From Neoechinorhynchus agilis (Eukaryota; Animalia; Acanthocephala), in contig CM121342.1 of assembly GCA_051530055.1 (NCBI GenBank), forward strand, positions 5,269,489-5,333,488: a stretch of DNA of 64,000 nucleotides, in the 5' to 3' direction. Both the position numbers and the translations under genes were made by a program. Every line of letters starts with the position of its first letter. The stretch's first letter is position 1. The notes beneath the pieces were generated by a model. It ran no database searches, was not told where the DNA came from, and worked only from the letters and a program-made list of their open reading frames with translations. Positions 50,601-63,200 of the stretch are shown here, piece by piece.

Positions 50601-51793
50601 GTTTCGATGCTAACGACAAGAAATATCTAGAAAAGTCAGGTCGAATAGCACTTGAGGCGGCCATGAATATTCGTACAGTAAAGCAGCTAAACCTAGAGTC
50701 CTACTTCACCAAGCAATATAACGACGTGATTGAGGAAGCATTTAAGAAGAACTCGAAAAAATCTCTTACCACCGGGGTGTTATTCGGATTATCGATGGGT
50801 GTTATATTCTTTGCATTTGCGGCCGGATACTACGCTGCAGCTAATTTTATAAGGCAAGGTAGGATGACAACCGAAGATATGATGATTGTTTTAGGAGGTA
50901 TGCTGTTTGCTTCCATGGCATTAGGACAGAACCAAGCGATGGCACCCGAACATGGAAAGTCTCAGGCAGCAGCCCGAAAAATCCACAAGATTTTGAGTCA
51001 GGAGCCCGGTATGAATAGCTCCAGTGATGAGGGTATTGTTCCTGAGGAGTTTTACGGAAAGTACGAATTCCGAGATGTTTCATTCAAATATCCGACACGT
51101 GATACAATCACGGTGGTTCGGAATGTGAGCATGGTGATCGAGAGCGGACTCGATGTCGCAATCGTTGGTCCTTCCGGTTCTGGAAAAAGCACGATGCTTC
51201 AGTTATTGGAAAGGTATTACGATCCATTGCAAGGAGAAATCTTGTTAGACGACGTTAATCTAAAGGATTTAAACATTCAGTGGTATAGAAGGCAATTGGG
51301 ATTCGTTGGACAAGAACCGATTTTATTTGATTGGTCAATCGCTGATAATATTGCTTTCGGCAACACCGATCGGGATGATGTAAAGATTGAAGAAATTCGA
51401 ACCGCTGCTAGATCGTGTAACGTGGATGAATTCGTATGTAGATTGCCACAAGGATACGATACTCGTGTTGGTAGTAAAGGTTCTCTGTTAAGTGGTGGAC
51501 AGAAGCAAAGGATATGCATTGCCCGGTCGTTAATCCGGAATCCGAAATTACTCCTTCTTGATGAAGCGACCTCTGCACTGGATGCCGAGAGCGAGCAACT
51601 TGTACAAAAGGCTATTGAGGTCGCTCAAAGGGAGCGAGGAAGTGTTACGGTCGCTCATAATCTAAGGACGATTGAAAACAGCGATAGTATTCATGTAATG
51701 AGTCATGGACGTTTGATAGAGACCGGAAAGCACGATGAATTGGTTAAAGCTCAAGGATTGTATGCTGACCTATACAACCTGTCTGCCCGCTAA
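47612..51793 (+). CDS. ABCB1: Full-length ABCB (P-glycoprotein/MDR1-like) transporter; two exons separated by a non-canonical 363-nt intron
   Basis: TMD1, NBD1 (GESGCGKST, MSGGQKQR, LLLDEATSALD), TMD2, NBD2 (GPSGSGKST, LSGGQKQR). The junction restores LLSI-K-LMGGFDANDKK. Confidence 0.92.
50226..50588 (+). other. Non-canonical intron (GT..AA) closed by a 16-bp inverted repeat
   Basis: In-frame TAG at 50228-50230. Arms GTTAGTAGTTTTGTGC (50226-50241) and GCACAAAATCACTAAC (50568-50583). ATAA direct repeat at both junctions. Confidence 0.85.
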
Positions 51794-53437
51794 ATAGCAA
51801 AACATTATCTCAAATCAATATGACATACGGGTACATTTCTTTGAATGGCGAAAACCTTTATTGTCACCTTAACCCAATTTACCTGCTCATTTTTGTTTAC
51901 CGCGCAAACTTGAGGATCCCAATTGTTCAATCAAACGAGCCGCGTTTTGTCCACTAGAATCGATTTAACAATCTTTTGCAATAAAAATTGCAGCTTGCGT
52001 TCTGAATTGTAGAATCCTGAAGTGATCATTTCGGTTTCACTCTTCACATTTGCACCAGAAAAAAAACACTGCGCTCACAATAATATTCTTGAAATCCATC
52101 AGTCACGTCGGAGGGAATGTCTACACTAAATTTTTTTATAGATTTAACATGTTTTCGACTGAAAAGCAATCTGAGCTGGTCGGAAAACATTAAGTATAAA
52201 TACAAAAGATCTGCCAAGCTCATTTAGAAGTTATCCGGTCGTAGAAGATCACGTCAAAAAAGACTTGTCCTGTGTTATGAATTTCAAAGAAGTTAAATCA
52301 ATAAGGCTGGGAAACATTTAGACTTATGCTTTTGTAAAAGCAATCAACAGCTTTAATGAACATAATCGTTGGCGATGCATTTGCGATGTTGAAAATATCT
52401 TGGTTTTCTGGTCTACAAATGCACGTCTTCGGAAATGGTTTGTGCTCTTGAAATACTGGGATTCTTAAAATTTGGTCACAAGAAGTTAGTGAACTTATCG
52501 CAAAAAAGCTTTGTGGAATCAGTCGACTTTTAAGAGAAAAGATGTCGGCGGATTTCGAAATCTATAATGGTATTTCTGGCTCGATTCAAAATGTCTGGTG
52601 TCACTTCGATTTCTTTTCAAGGTAGGTTACATTGCGAGCTAAACAGACGAATAATAAATCATTCCTCTCCCTATTGGACGACGCACTTGCATTCCTCAAG
52701 CGATAATGTGCCAATCAACTTGTCAGGTGATCCATCAATTTCCACACAGATCTAAAAGACCACTCAATCTCTACGCCCGCTCAGTTCGATCTCAAGAGTT
52801 GTATGATCGCAATAAGATCTACCGGGGCAGCAAAGTGTATTTTCCAGACTTTGTGGTTTCAGAGAAACTCCTCTTTTAGAAACAATCTTTGACTAATGTG
52901 TAAGTTATTTCCTTTTCAAATTCGCATAAAACGAACTTAAATGTGGTCTCGTGTCACGCACAACGACTCTTGCCAAAAAGACAATGGAAACATACGTGAT
53001 TCCGGTTCGGATCCAACCTTTCCTCCTCCTCCTCCTCCTCCAACAGCTTCTATCCTTATCGCCTAGCTGCTTTACAGTGTAGTCGCCGTTTTTTGATGGG
53101 TGAAGAAGGGAAGATATACCAAATGTTTTATTGATAGAAAGTCTGACAAAACTAAAGGAAGCAAAGTCCAATCAATGGAAATCTGATTTCGGGACAACCA
53201 AGCATCATTCCATGTTCCGTCCTGGCGACAATGACCAAATTTGACCGATAAAAGGCTGTCGCAATCAAAAGAAGCCACATACAAACGATGCCTTAAAGGT
53301 ACAGCCAAAAAGTTGGTAACAAACAATGAAAAGCTATACGGTAGCCGCAATTTTTTGTATGAATTTAAGTGCAAGCGTTAAGAAATTTGCCTACAACATT
53401 TTAGCCATATTTGGAGACGTTTTATCGAGGCATCCCG

Positions 53438-55328
53438 GAGTGAATAAGTTTTTGATTTTATCGTTTAGTTTCCTTGAAAGTAAGATTTCCTCTCTTTTTC
53501 TGTGGTATTTTCGTTTTGAATGCAAAAGATCGGACAGTTTTGGGTGTTTTCGGAGTGAATAAGTTTTTGATTTTATCCTTGAAAGTAAGATTCCCTCTCT
53601 CTTTTTCTCTTGTATTTTCGTTTTGAATGCAAAAGATCGGACAGTTTTGGGTGTTTTCGGAGTGAATAAGTTTTTGATTTTATCCTTGAAAGTAAGATTT
53701 CTCTCTCTTTTTCTCTTGTATTTTCGTTTTGAATGCAAAAGATCGGACAGTTTTGGGTGTTTTCGGAGTGAATAAGTTTTTGATTTTATCCTTGAAAGTA
53801 AGATTCCCTCTCTCTTTTTCTCTTGTATTTTCGTTTTGAATGCAAAAGATCGGACAGTTTTGGGTGTTTTCGGAGTGAATAAGTTTTTGATTTTATCCTT
53901 GAAAGTAAGATTTCCTCTCTCTTTTCTCTTGTATTTTCGTTTTGAATGCAAAAGATCGGACAGTTTTGGGTGTTTTCGGAGTGAATTTTTTAATGTTTTT
54001 TTTTATGGTTCGTTTGAATAAAAAGATTTCCTCTTTGTTTCTTGTAAGTTTTTGTTTTATGTTTGTTTTGAATGCAAAAGATCGAACAGTTTTGGGTGTT
54101 TTCGGAGTGAATAAGTTTTTGATTTTATCCTTGAAAGTAAGATTCCCTCTCTCTTTTTCTCTTGTATTTTCGTTTTGAATGCAAAAGATCGGACAGTTTT
54201 GGGTGTTTTCGGAGTGAATAAGTTTTTGATTTTATCGTTGAGTTTCCTTGAAAGTAAGATTCCCTCTCTTTTTCTCTTGTATTTTCGTTTTGAATGCAAA
54301 AGATCGAACAGTTTTGGGTGTTTTCGGAGTGAATAAGTTTTTGATTTTATCGTTGAGTTTCCTTGAAAGTAAGATTTCCTCTCTTTTTCTCTTGTATTTT
54401 CGTTTTGAATGCAAAAGATCGGACAGTTTTGGGTGTTTTCGGAGTGAATAAGTTTTTGATTTTATCGTTAAGTTTCCTTGAAAGTAAGATTTCTCTCTCT
54501 TTTTCTCTTGTATTTTCGTTTTGAATGCAAAAGATCGAACAGTTTTGGGTGTTTTCGGAGTGAATAAGTTTTTGATTTTATCCTTGAAAGTAAGATTCCC
54601 TCTCTCTTTTTCTCTTGTATTTTCGTTTTGAATGCAAAAGATCGGACAGTTTTGGGTGTTTTCGGAGTGAATAAGTTTTTGATTTTATCCTTGAAAGTAA
54701 GATTTCCTCTCTCTTTTTCTCTTGTATTTTCGTTTTGAATGCAAAAGATCGAACAGTTTTGGGTGTTTTCGGAGTGAATAAGTTTTTGATTTTATCGTTA
54801 AGTTTCCTTGAAAGTAAGATTTCTCTCTCTCTTTTTCTCTTGTATTTTCGTTTTGAATGCAAAAGATCGGACAGTTTTGGGTGTTTTCGGAGTGAATAAG
54901 TTTTTGATTTTATCGTTGAGTTTCCTTGAAAGTAAGATTTCTCTCTCTCTTTTTCTCTTGTATTTTCGTTTTGAATGCAAAAGATCGGATTTTGGGTGTT
55001 TTCGGAGTGAATAAGTTTTTGATTTTATCCTTGAAAGTAAGATTCCCTCTCTCTTTTTCTCTTGTATTTTCGTTTTGAATGCAAAAGATCGGACAGTTTT
55101 GGGTGTTTTCGGAGTGAATAAGTTTTTGATTTTATCGTTAAGTTTCCTTGAAAGTAAGATTTCTCTCTCTCTTTTTCTCTTGTATTTTCGTTTTGAATGC
55201 AAAAGATCGGACAGTTTTGGGTGTTTTCGGAGTGAATAAGTTTTTGATTTTATCCTTGAAAGTAAGATTTCCCTCTCTTTGTGGTATTTTCGTTTTGAAT
55301 GCAAAAGATCGGACAGTTTTGGGTGTTT
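53438..55328. repeat. Tandem satellite, ~106/115-bp unit variants, ~17 copies
   Basis: TGCAAAAGATC recurs at 53521, 53628, 53734 and onward; the long variant carries a ~9-bp insertion. Confidence 0.97.
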
Positions 55329-56234
55329 TTGGCTACGTGTTTGGGAAGGTGTGGTGGCTGTTTTAACATTAGCTTGCTGGTTCTGAGATGATTTTGGGCG
55401 TTCTTTTTAACAGTTCCCAGTTAGTGTGGATTCGTAGGTATCGTTGCGTCCTCTTTGTCTTAAATGCCTTTCTCCGCCCTAGGTGTTAGAAGTCGCATGT
55501 GGTGGTACCGTTAGTCTCGTTTGGGAAACGAGAATGTGTGGAGATGTGATTACATAAGTCGAGTGCTCTCTAACGCACACACACACATCCTTTCCAACAC
55601 CATTACAACCAATCTTGGATCACTTTTCTGAGTGTATTTCCAAGACGTAGGCGGTCTTCTTCAGTTGAACCAAAAGAAGCAGTACTGCCCTTTAATGTGG
55701 AAGAAGAGTTCCATTTCTGGTCACCTCGCACTCCTTCCCTCAGCAACAACAGCGAATGTGGGGAGGAGGACTCTTCAACGAGTCAAGAAGGCTGGCTTGT
55801 TTGAATAACTCCGATACCAAGTGGGCCACTCGTCTTTTCTAAGAAAACAAAAAGCGTACGATTTTTGGTCTCGTTCGTGTGCTTGAACAACGCTTAGAAA
55901 CGTGCAGTATCTTGATTACGGCTCAAAATATACTTCCGATGAAAAACCCATTTCAGTCGAACAGAACGGGTGAAATTATTCACACGGAAAAACAACATAG
56001 AAGTGAGTAAGTTCCTACGCTGAACGAACCGTGCTTTCCAGATGCAATGTTTCATCTATAAGCATGAAGTAATCGACTTCCGAACAGCTTCTGAACTCGT
56101 CAATGGCAACATCGACATCTAATAACCAATTCTCAGCGACGAAGTCAACAACGGCGTGTTCTTCAACCTTTTTGAACGAGCTTCGTAAAAGCATGCGTGA
56201 GTAGCGATCAGGAAGCGTTCATTTAACTATAACA

Positions 56235-59168
56235 ATGATAGGTGATCAGCACTATGATTGGATCAGGTTTTCCACCTACCGAACAGCGTGTAAATTACGA
56301 TATCTTCAACGAAGTCTCAGTTTCCATTTCGTCGATCTGTGGAACTTATATGAGGCGTTCAGGGAAAACGGCTTGTCGGGGAGTTGCTTAACGAAGACTC
56401 TTGAACCCAATCGGAAATGTACACTTACTCAGGCAGAGATGTTCGCACTTTTTGAACATATCTACTACAGCCTCAACCGCAGATTGCCTTCGGATAGACA
56501 AGTGGATGTACCTTCGTCCGTTCGGAATGCAGTCGCATGTTGTCTTTGTCTGAGAACCATGGATGTTCCACTTGCATCCTCAGAATCCTCGGTTCATACC
56601 ATTCAATCTCTCACCAAGACGCATGATTCCCTGTTCAACGTCTTTACTGTCAAAATCACGCTCGCACTCATGTGCGCAGGACGATTGTCCGACAAAATGG
56701 AATGTTAGTATACCGACTTCCTTTTGTCATCATGAGCTGGCTACAAGGAAAAGGGAGGTTGCTCCAAAAATCGAACAACATCAATCACCAACTTATTTTC
56801 TGTTTCAAACTGGACGTTTTTGATAAATACTTTTAAGAAAATAATTGAATTTCACTAACCTCACCGGCATTTTGGTTCCCCATTAACTCACATATCGACA
56901 TTTTTACTAGCTTCCTTTTCTATACCGTTTCAATGCACAAATGATTTACCATTGAAGAAATTACAATGTCTTATTAAGATGTATTTTCTCAAATAAGTGA
57001 TGATCACAACCAATTCATCGATCCGCAGTTATTTACTCGGTTCGTTCGAGATGCCCTAAGGATTCCACACCTTCTCCATGAGTCACCGTCGTTCCCATTC
57101 CAAGAGGACATCTACCAGTTGATTTTTGGCGAGGTTCGATTACTGCCTTCTTCTCCTTTAAAGTACACTGTACTAGAGCCGAAAGATCGACCGGATAAGA
57201 TTTGAGGAGATCTTTCTACATGACCCCGCACCACCTTGCTTCCTATGGCTCACGACCTTTCATCGATTAGTGCTTGCTGAGAACGGTAGGCAGCTCTAAG
57301 AACTTTTTATACTACGACGACTCTTCATAGTAAACCATAAGATTAAGTGCTGTGTTTGCGGCAAGAACCCATTCAGCGGATTTCGTTATAAGTGCCAACG
57401 TTGTCCTGTCGAGTATCAAATGTGTCAGGATTGCTTCTGGACTGGGCGAGTGACGGAGCCACATCGTCTAAGCCACGACGTGAAGGAGTACAGCTACTAT
57501 GTAAGTTAAACTATTTACATCTTAAAGAATAGGGCTTTTTCAAGGAATTTTAATAGACATCTGAGCATAATGAGGTCTTAAGAACTCTCTCGGGAACATT
57601 TTATTTTGGTGGCTGGAAACGAGGCATCTTTTTGCAAATTCGTTCTGTGGCGTACACTTCCAATTCCCTCAAAGAGGAAACCATCTCTGATTCGCACGGA
57701 ATTTTCACTTAAAAACCCAATCTTAAAACATTTTATCTTCCATCGAATTTCTTGTATGGCACACCAAATAACAGCACACGATTCGAACGAATTCGATACG
57801 GACGTGGTTTATGACTGTTATCGGGAAAAAGAAAAGGTGAGTGCCGATGAACTAGATAAATATCTGTTGAGAAACGTCTTGACTTTGGCTCAAAGGTTGC
57901 ACATTTGTCGTCCGTTCATGGCTGCGAACATGGTCCCAAAAACGGTCCTTTTCTCGCCGAGCCTTCCTGTACTCTAAACATAAAATTTCCTCGTTTTTTT
58001 ATAAGAGGCAAGAAAACCTGATATTTCAGAATCAAAGTTAGGACCCATTTGCTGCTAATTGATCAAGGGATCCGTTCTTTTTTTTGCAATCTTCATGACT
58101 GATGGTTCCAAAGTTTCGCAATATAACAGTCATTTTTAGAAGTCAGCAGCGACAAGTCTACTCGGAAATTCCCTTCGTAGGACGCTAAAGTGCGTACCTA
58201 AAGATGCTTTATGCAAGAAGCGTAGGTAAAGATTCGTCCATGATTTGTAGTGACATTTGACTTAAAGGTAGTTTGGGAGTTCGGTCAGTAAATGGCAATA
58301 GAAGAATACCTTTATACGACAACAACCGCCGGCATCCAATATCAGCTCCCACGACGCCTATATCATCTCAACAAGTAGTTATGAATGTGACCTCGGGTGC
58401 TCCTATGATGATGAACCACGCTGTCAAAGTGTCCCAAAAACAGTCGTATGAACTCTTTTGACTGATTTTTGGACAATGTAGACGAGGATGAACATGCTTC
58501 CATTCGTAAAATGGCCGCAAGGTTGCGATACGAAGAAGGAGGACGTCGTCGAAGTGTGGACAGTGAAGACATGCTCCATCAACTTGAGGTTCAGAATAGG
58601 TGAATCGGTTCAGTTTTTTTAATGAGACGCTTATCTCTTTTTTTAAAGAGCGATTGTTCATCAGATCTGCTTACTTCGAGAACGACAACAATCGCGTAAA
58701 TCGAGTCCAGTGCATGTCGAAGTGGAAGATCCTTTGCTTATTACTGAGATAAGTGATCTGCAGAAAAAAAAGGAGGAACTCGAAGCTAGAATGATGGAAC
58801 TCCAACAAAACCGAGACGGTCTTGTGAGGCAATTAGAGTCCTTACTACAACTATTGGCCGTTACAGCAGTTTCCCCTCAACCAGTGGAATCAGCATACTC
58901 GGTCGCTCAGCCTGATGAAGACGAAAGTGCGTTCATTAGTAGATGCGACGTCTACGACCGGGGTTCTTCGTCCAAACACAATATCACTTCGTACCAATCC
59001 ATGAGGAACGATCTTCTGTCTGCCGCTGACTCGTTGACAAGTGCAATGATGTCACTTGTTCAGAGATTGAACAATGAAGATGAGGATGGATACGAACGAG
59101 AGATCGTCAGTGAAAGGATTGATGCCAAAGATAAACACGTATGCAAATACAGGACTTGCTCACAATGA
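56235..59168 (+). CDS. DTN: Dystrobrevin (EF-hand region, ZZ finger, coiled coils); contains a non-canonical 52-nt intron
   Basis: IRFSTYRTACKLR, DPAPPCFLWL..FHRL..AENV.H...C..C, FRYKCQRC..YQMCQDCFWTG, KSAATSL, DEHASIRKMAARL, LEARMMELQQNR..L..QLE. Confidence 0.9.
58429..58480 (+). other. Non-canonical intron (GT..TA; slides to AG..GT or TG..AG) closed by a 16-bp inverted repeat
   Basis: Arms TGTCCCAAAAACAGTC (58430-58445) and GACTGATTTTTGGACA (58460-58475), 14/16 paired. The GT..AG cut one base further right is out of frame. Confidence 0.72.
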
Positions 59169-59760
59169 GCTCCAAAATTTTGTCCCAATAAATTTAAACC
59201 AACAAATCTAGTAATTCGATACGTCTTAATAAAGCAACGGTGGACTTTCTCCATTGAAACAGATCGGCCCAAAATTCCTAAGGACAAATATGCGTCCGAC
59301 TATACTCATGAAATATTACTTGATCTTCAGGCCGCTTTTTTTTCTAAAATGGATACTTGACAGAGAGATAGCGATAAAAATCTATTTCCGAGGTCTTTAT
59401 GCGCCTTTGTGAATTCTCCTAAAGAAGCCGTAGGATGGCAAAAGACCTCAGAAAAATAGATTTTTGTTTTTATCACCTCTCAAGTGACCATTTTAAAAAA
59501 AACAAGAAACACTTCTTCAAAAATAAGGTCCCGATAAAAAAAGAAGCAAATATACTCATTGGTTTTATTCTCAAATGAGAACTTGGACTCATGTGAACGA
59601 TGCAGATACGATTTTTAATGAATAGACAATTTAAGTGTGCTGCAAAATTGAAACAAAAGTCGCGATTATGCCTATCACAGTGAATCTATACAAGTGAAAC
59701 TGTTTCTTTAAACTCTAATGAAAAAATGTCGATGTGTGAGAGAGGAAGTACCAGGACTTA

Positions 59761-59877
59761 TTGTTTAGAAGTCTTCACCGCTCGCGGTAAATAACGTTTT
59801 TTCAACTAAAAACCCATCCGACGAGGTTCCAAATGTTTTTAATCGAATTTTTTGTGCCCGGTGAAGACTTTAAGCAA
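59761..59877. mobile_element. MITE-like element with ~20-bp TIRs, same family as the 23378 palindrome
   Basis: TTGTTTAGAAGTCTTCACCG pairs with CGGTGAAGACTTTAAGCAA. Confidence 0.7.
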
Positions 59878-60248
59878 AAATGCCGTGCACTTCAATTTCT
59901 TACACATTTTCTATTGTGAAATCAACTATTTAAGGAAGCGATTATAGAAGAAAAGGAGTTGCAACGATGAAGGTATAGCTTTTGAAACGAACAATAACAT
60001 CGTTCCTTAGATAAAAATGTGGTGATCATAATCTGTCCCAGAGTCCCGAAAGGACTTTCTCTTGATCGATTTTATAGAATTCAGCGAAAACCTCATCGTA
60101 GAACTTAGTAAAATGTTCATTTGGATGAAAAATTATTGTTTCAGAGCAAACGCTTCATTTTCAAATTTTAGTTTTCGGCAAACATTTCAAAAACGTACGC
60201 GACGACATTAGATTATTTTATAATTGATGTTTTATTCGAGACACAAAG

Positions 60249-63200
60249 TTATTGATAAATCTTATTGAGCAAAACATTAATATTGTGAAATCGTGTGGCC
60301 TTACCGTTTCCTCGGTGTTCCTTGGACAATGATTTACATAAATGAGAGAATGCAACGTCTGCGCATCTTAAATCAGTGGATCGATGCAGTTTGTCTGGTC
60401 TCAATTTGGAACTGGCTAAAAGACCGATAAACTCACCAAACGCTCTATGTTCAGTCTCAAGCAAGTCCTTGAGCCGAGATTCCTTCTTAGGTTCATCGAA
60501 AGCGAACGATAATCCTTCAATATTAAGAGGACATTCTCATCTCGTAAAGTGCTTCCCGTACAAGAAACGAGTATATCCTCTTCATTAATCGCATGACAAC
60601 GTATCGATCGCATTCTTACATTCTCTTTATTAAGAGCAGCATTTGCGCTGACCAATGAGCGAATTTCAGCCAAAATTGTACTTCGCGAAACATCTTGCAA
60701 ATCACTCGGAGATCCATAAGCTAAAGCTCCACTTACATGGCTCAACTGGCGTTTCGTCATCAGTTTTCTTCTCAAATCACCCGTCTCACGCTCAAGAGAG
60801 CTCAGCTTCGCATTGTACTGTCGCTTCATACTATCTATTTGGCTCTCTAATTTCTTACACTTCGAAATTTCATTCGATAAACGTTCTTTGATATCTATTA
60901 AATCCTCATCGGCTCTTGATGAAATATTCTTAATTTTTGCGTCGAAATATGCGACCTTAGATTTCTCTTGTTGAAGCAATTCGTCTTTTTCGGCAATCAT
61001 TTCCTCCAACTTCGATATCTCCAAGGACTTTTGATACAACAATGGCCGCATCTCGAACGCTTCGTCTACTTTACTTAACCAGGTTTTTGTGATTTGTCCG
61101 ACTGAACGCAACGCTAGATCGCCAGTAGTGTCCGCTAGTTGGAACCCATTGGTGATTAGATCATTTAGAAAGTCACTATGACCCTTCAGAACATTGCTAA
61201 TGCTTGAAAGGCTCAATAGATAAATTCCGAACCGTTCGTCCGTAAAAATAGAATCCGATTGGACGCATAGACTTCTTACAACGCAACACATGTCAAAGAC
61301 TACAGCGAGTCCTTTGATTTGCTCACTCATATTTAATTTAAGTAATGCTGGAAGTGGTTTTCCTTCTTGGTATGGATGAAAGCAGCCTTCTATTGTAGCA
61401 GGTTCAAATGCATTAAGTAGAGCCGTGCACCGCCTTAGCTTATCCATGAGTTCAGCCATCATTGGAACAAACTCATTATTAAGCCAATCGAGAGTATCTT
61501 CACCGACATTAGGCGGCCGATGGTCATTGAACACCTCAACGTAGACAACAATGAGACTACTCATGTTCTGCAATATGCACAAGTAGTCGGTGACCTCGTC
61601 GTGGCCAATATGATCTGAAAAATCACATTTGACTTCTAATGAATTCAGTAGTTTGAACATATCACTTAGATCTACCGAATGCACTAATGCCGATTGAGCA
61701 TATTTGTCTATAAGTGATTGGATCTTATAATTAAGACTGTGGACATCTCCTAAATCAGATCATGTTCAATCATCGATTCAAAAGTATTGTTATAAACGAA
61801 CGAAAAATGTACTTTAGAAGAAAAGAAGGATAGAACCCCGTCAAACGAAAAGTTGCTCTATAAAAGACTTTTAAATTGCCCAGCATAAAACAACCTTAAA
61901 ACCTCGTCAGAAATTTGGTCAATCTGCGAGTGAGACAAGGAAAAAAAAGATATGAAGCAAAAACACCAGCGTGAATTCGTGCAGTTTGAATTGAGCACTT
62001 GATGAGAACTCCATATTTTTCAATAAAAATCAATGCGTGAGCGTTGTGGCCGTTATCGAAAGCAAAACTGACTTAGAGGACAATAAAAATCTGAAAAATG
62101 GGCAACAGAAAAAAAGAGGATTGAACATGACTGAACTTCGACTTCATTTGCCCATAGAGTGACATCGTACATGTTAGCAAGTTGCCTCATTAGATTTCTT
62201 GCAATAAGATCGGCTCTTCCTATTAGGATACTAAGGAAACGTTTGAACACTTCTCTTATTAAATTGAACTCTTCTTCGTTAACATCGACAATCCTTGCCA
62301 TACGAATGCCACTTGAAAGCCATTCTAGAAACCAGTGGGATCGACAAATAACAAGTTCAAGAGAATTTAAAACTCGAAGATACGCCATCTCTTCTTTTGC
62401 GTATTTTGTAAGAAATGTATCGCCTATTAATGCATTAAGACGTTCTTGATGTCTTTTGACTGCATCGTCGTCCATCGTTTGATGAAGAGCAAGTGCACTT
62501 CGTGTTTGTGACAAAACTAGAGAATTGAGGCTCTTTTGGTCAATCGCTTGAGCTTCCTTGTCGTTCTTCGTCTCAATTTCAAGCACTTTTACCTCGAGAT
62601 CACGAATTTCTCGCTCTTTCTGTTTCACTAAAAACCTGAACTTGTTCATGGTTTCCTCCTTGTCGACCAAAGTGTACTTAAGCACTTCCACTTGTCTATC
62701 ACTAGTCGCTAATTTTGCCTTAAAAGTATCCACCTGCTCTTTTAGACGAAGATTCTCCTCGTTAATGGTCTCAGTGATTTCGTTGTCCACTTCACACATC
62801 GCATTAAGGTCGTTTAAAGCGGGAGATACTCGTTAATGGAACACACACCTTCATCATCCCATAAAAAAGGAAGGACTTTAAAGGAAGAGGAAACAGTTTT
62901 TCCATTCTTTTCAACGACGAGAAATTTGTGTTTAAAAAAGGCAAATCAAAGCGTTTTTCATCAAATTGAATCTAACAAAAATATACAACTCACAGCCGAG
63001 CGATACGGCTCATAGAAAGTGACCAAATACTTTGAACCTAAATCAAAGTTTAATTTCTGATAGAAAAGAGTTAAAGAGCGACATTAAACCAGTACATTTA
63101 AAGTATCTCCTGCCAGAATTGTTCATTTAACTCCGATATTTTGTCTTCTAAATTGAGGTTTCTATCTGTAAGGACTGCAACCATTTTCTCTGCTCCCAGG

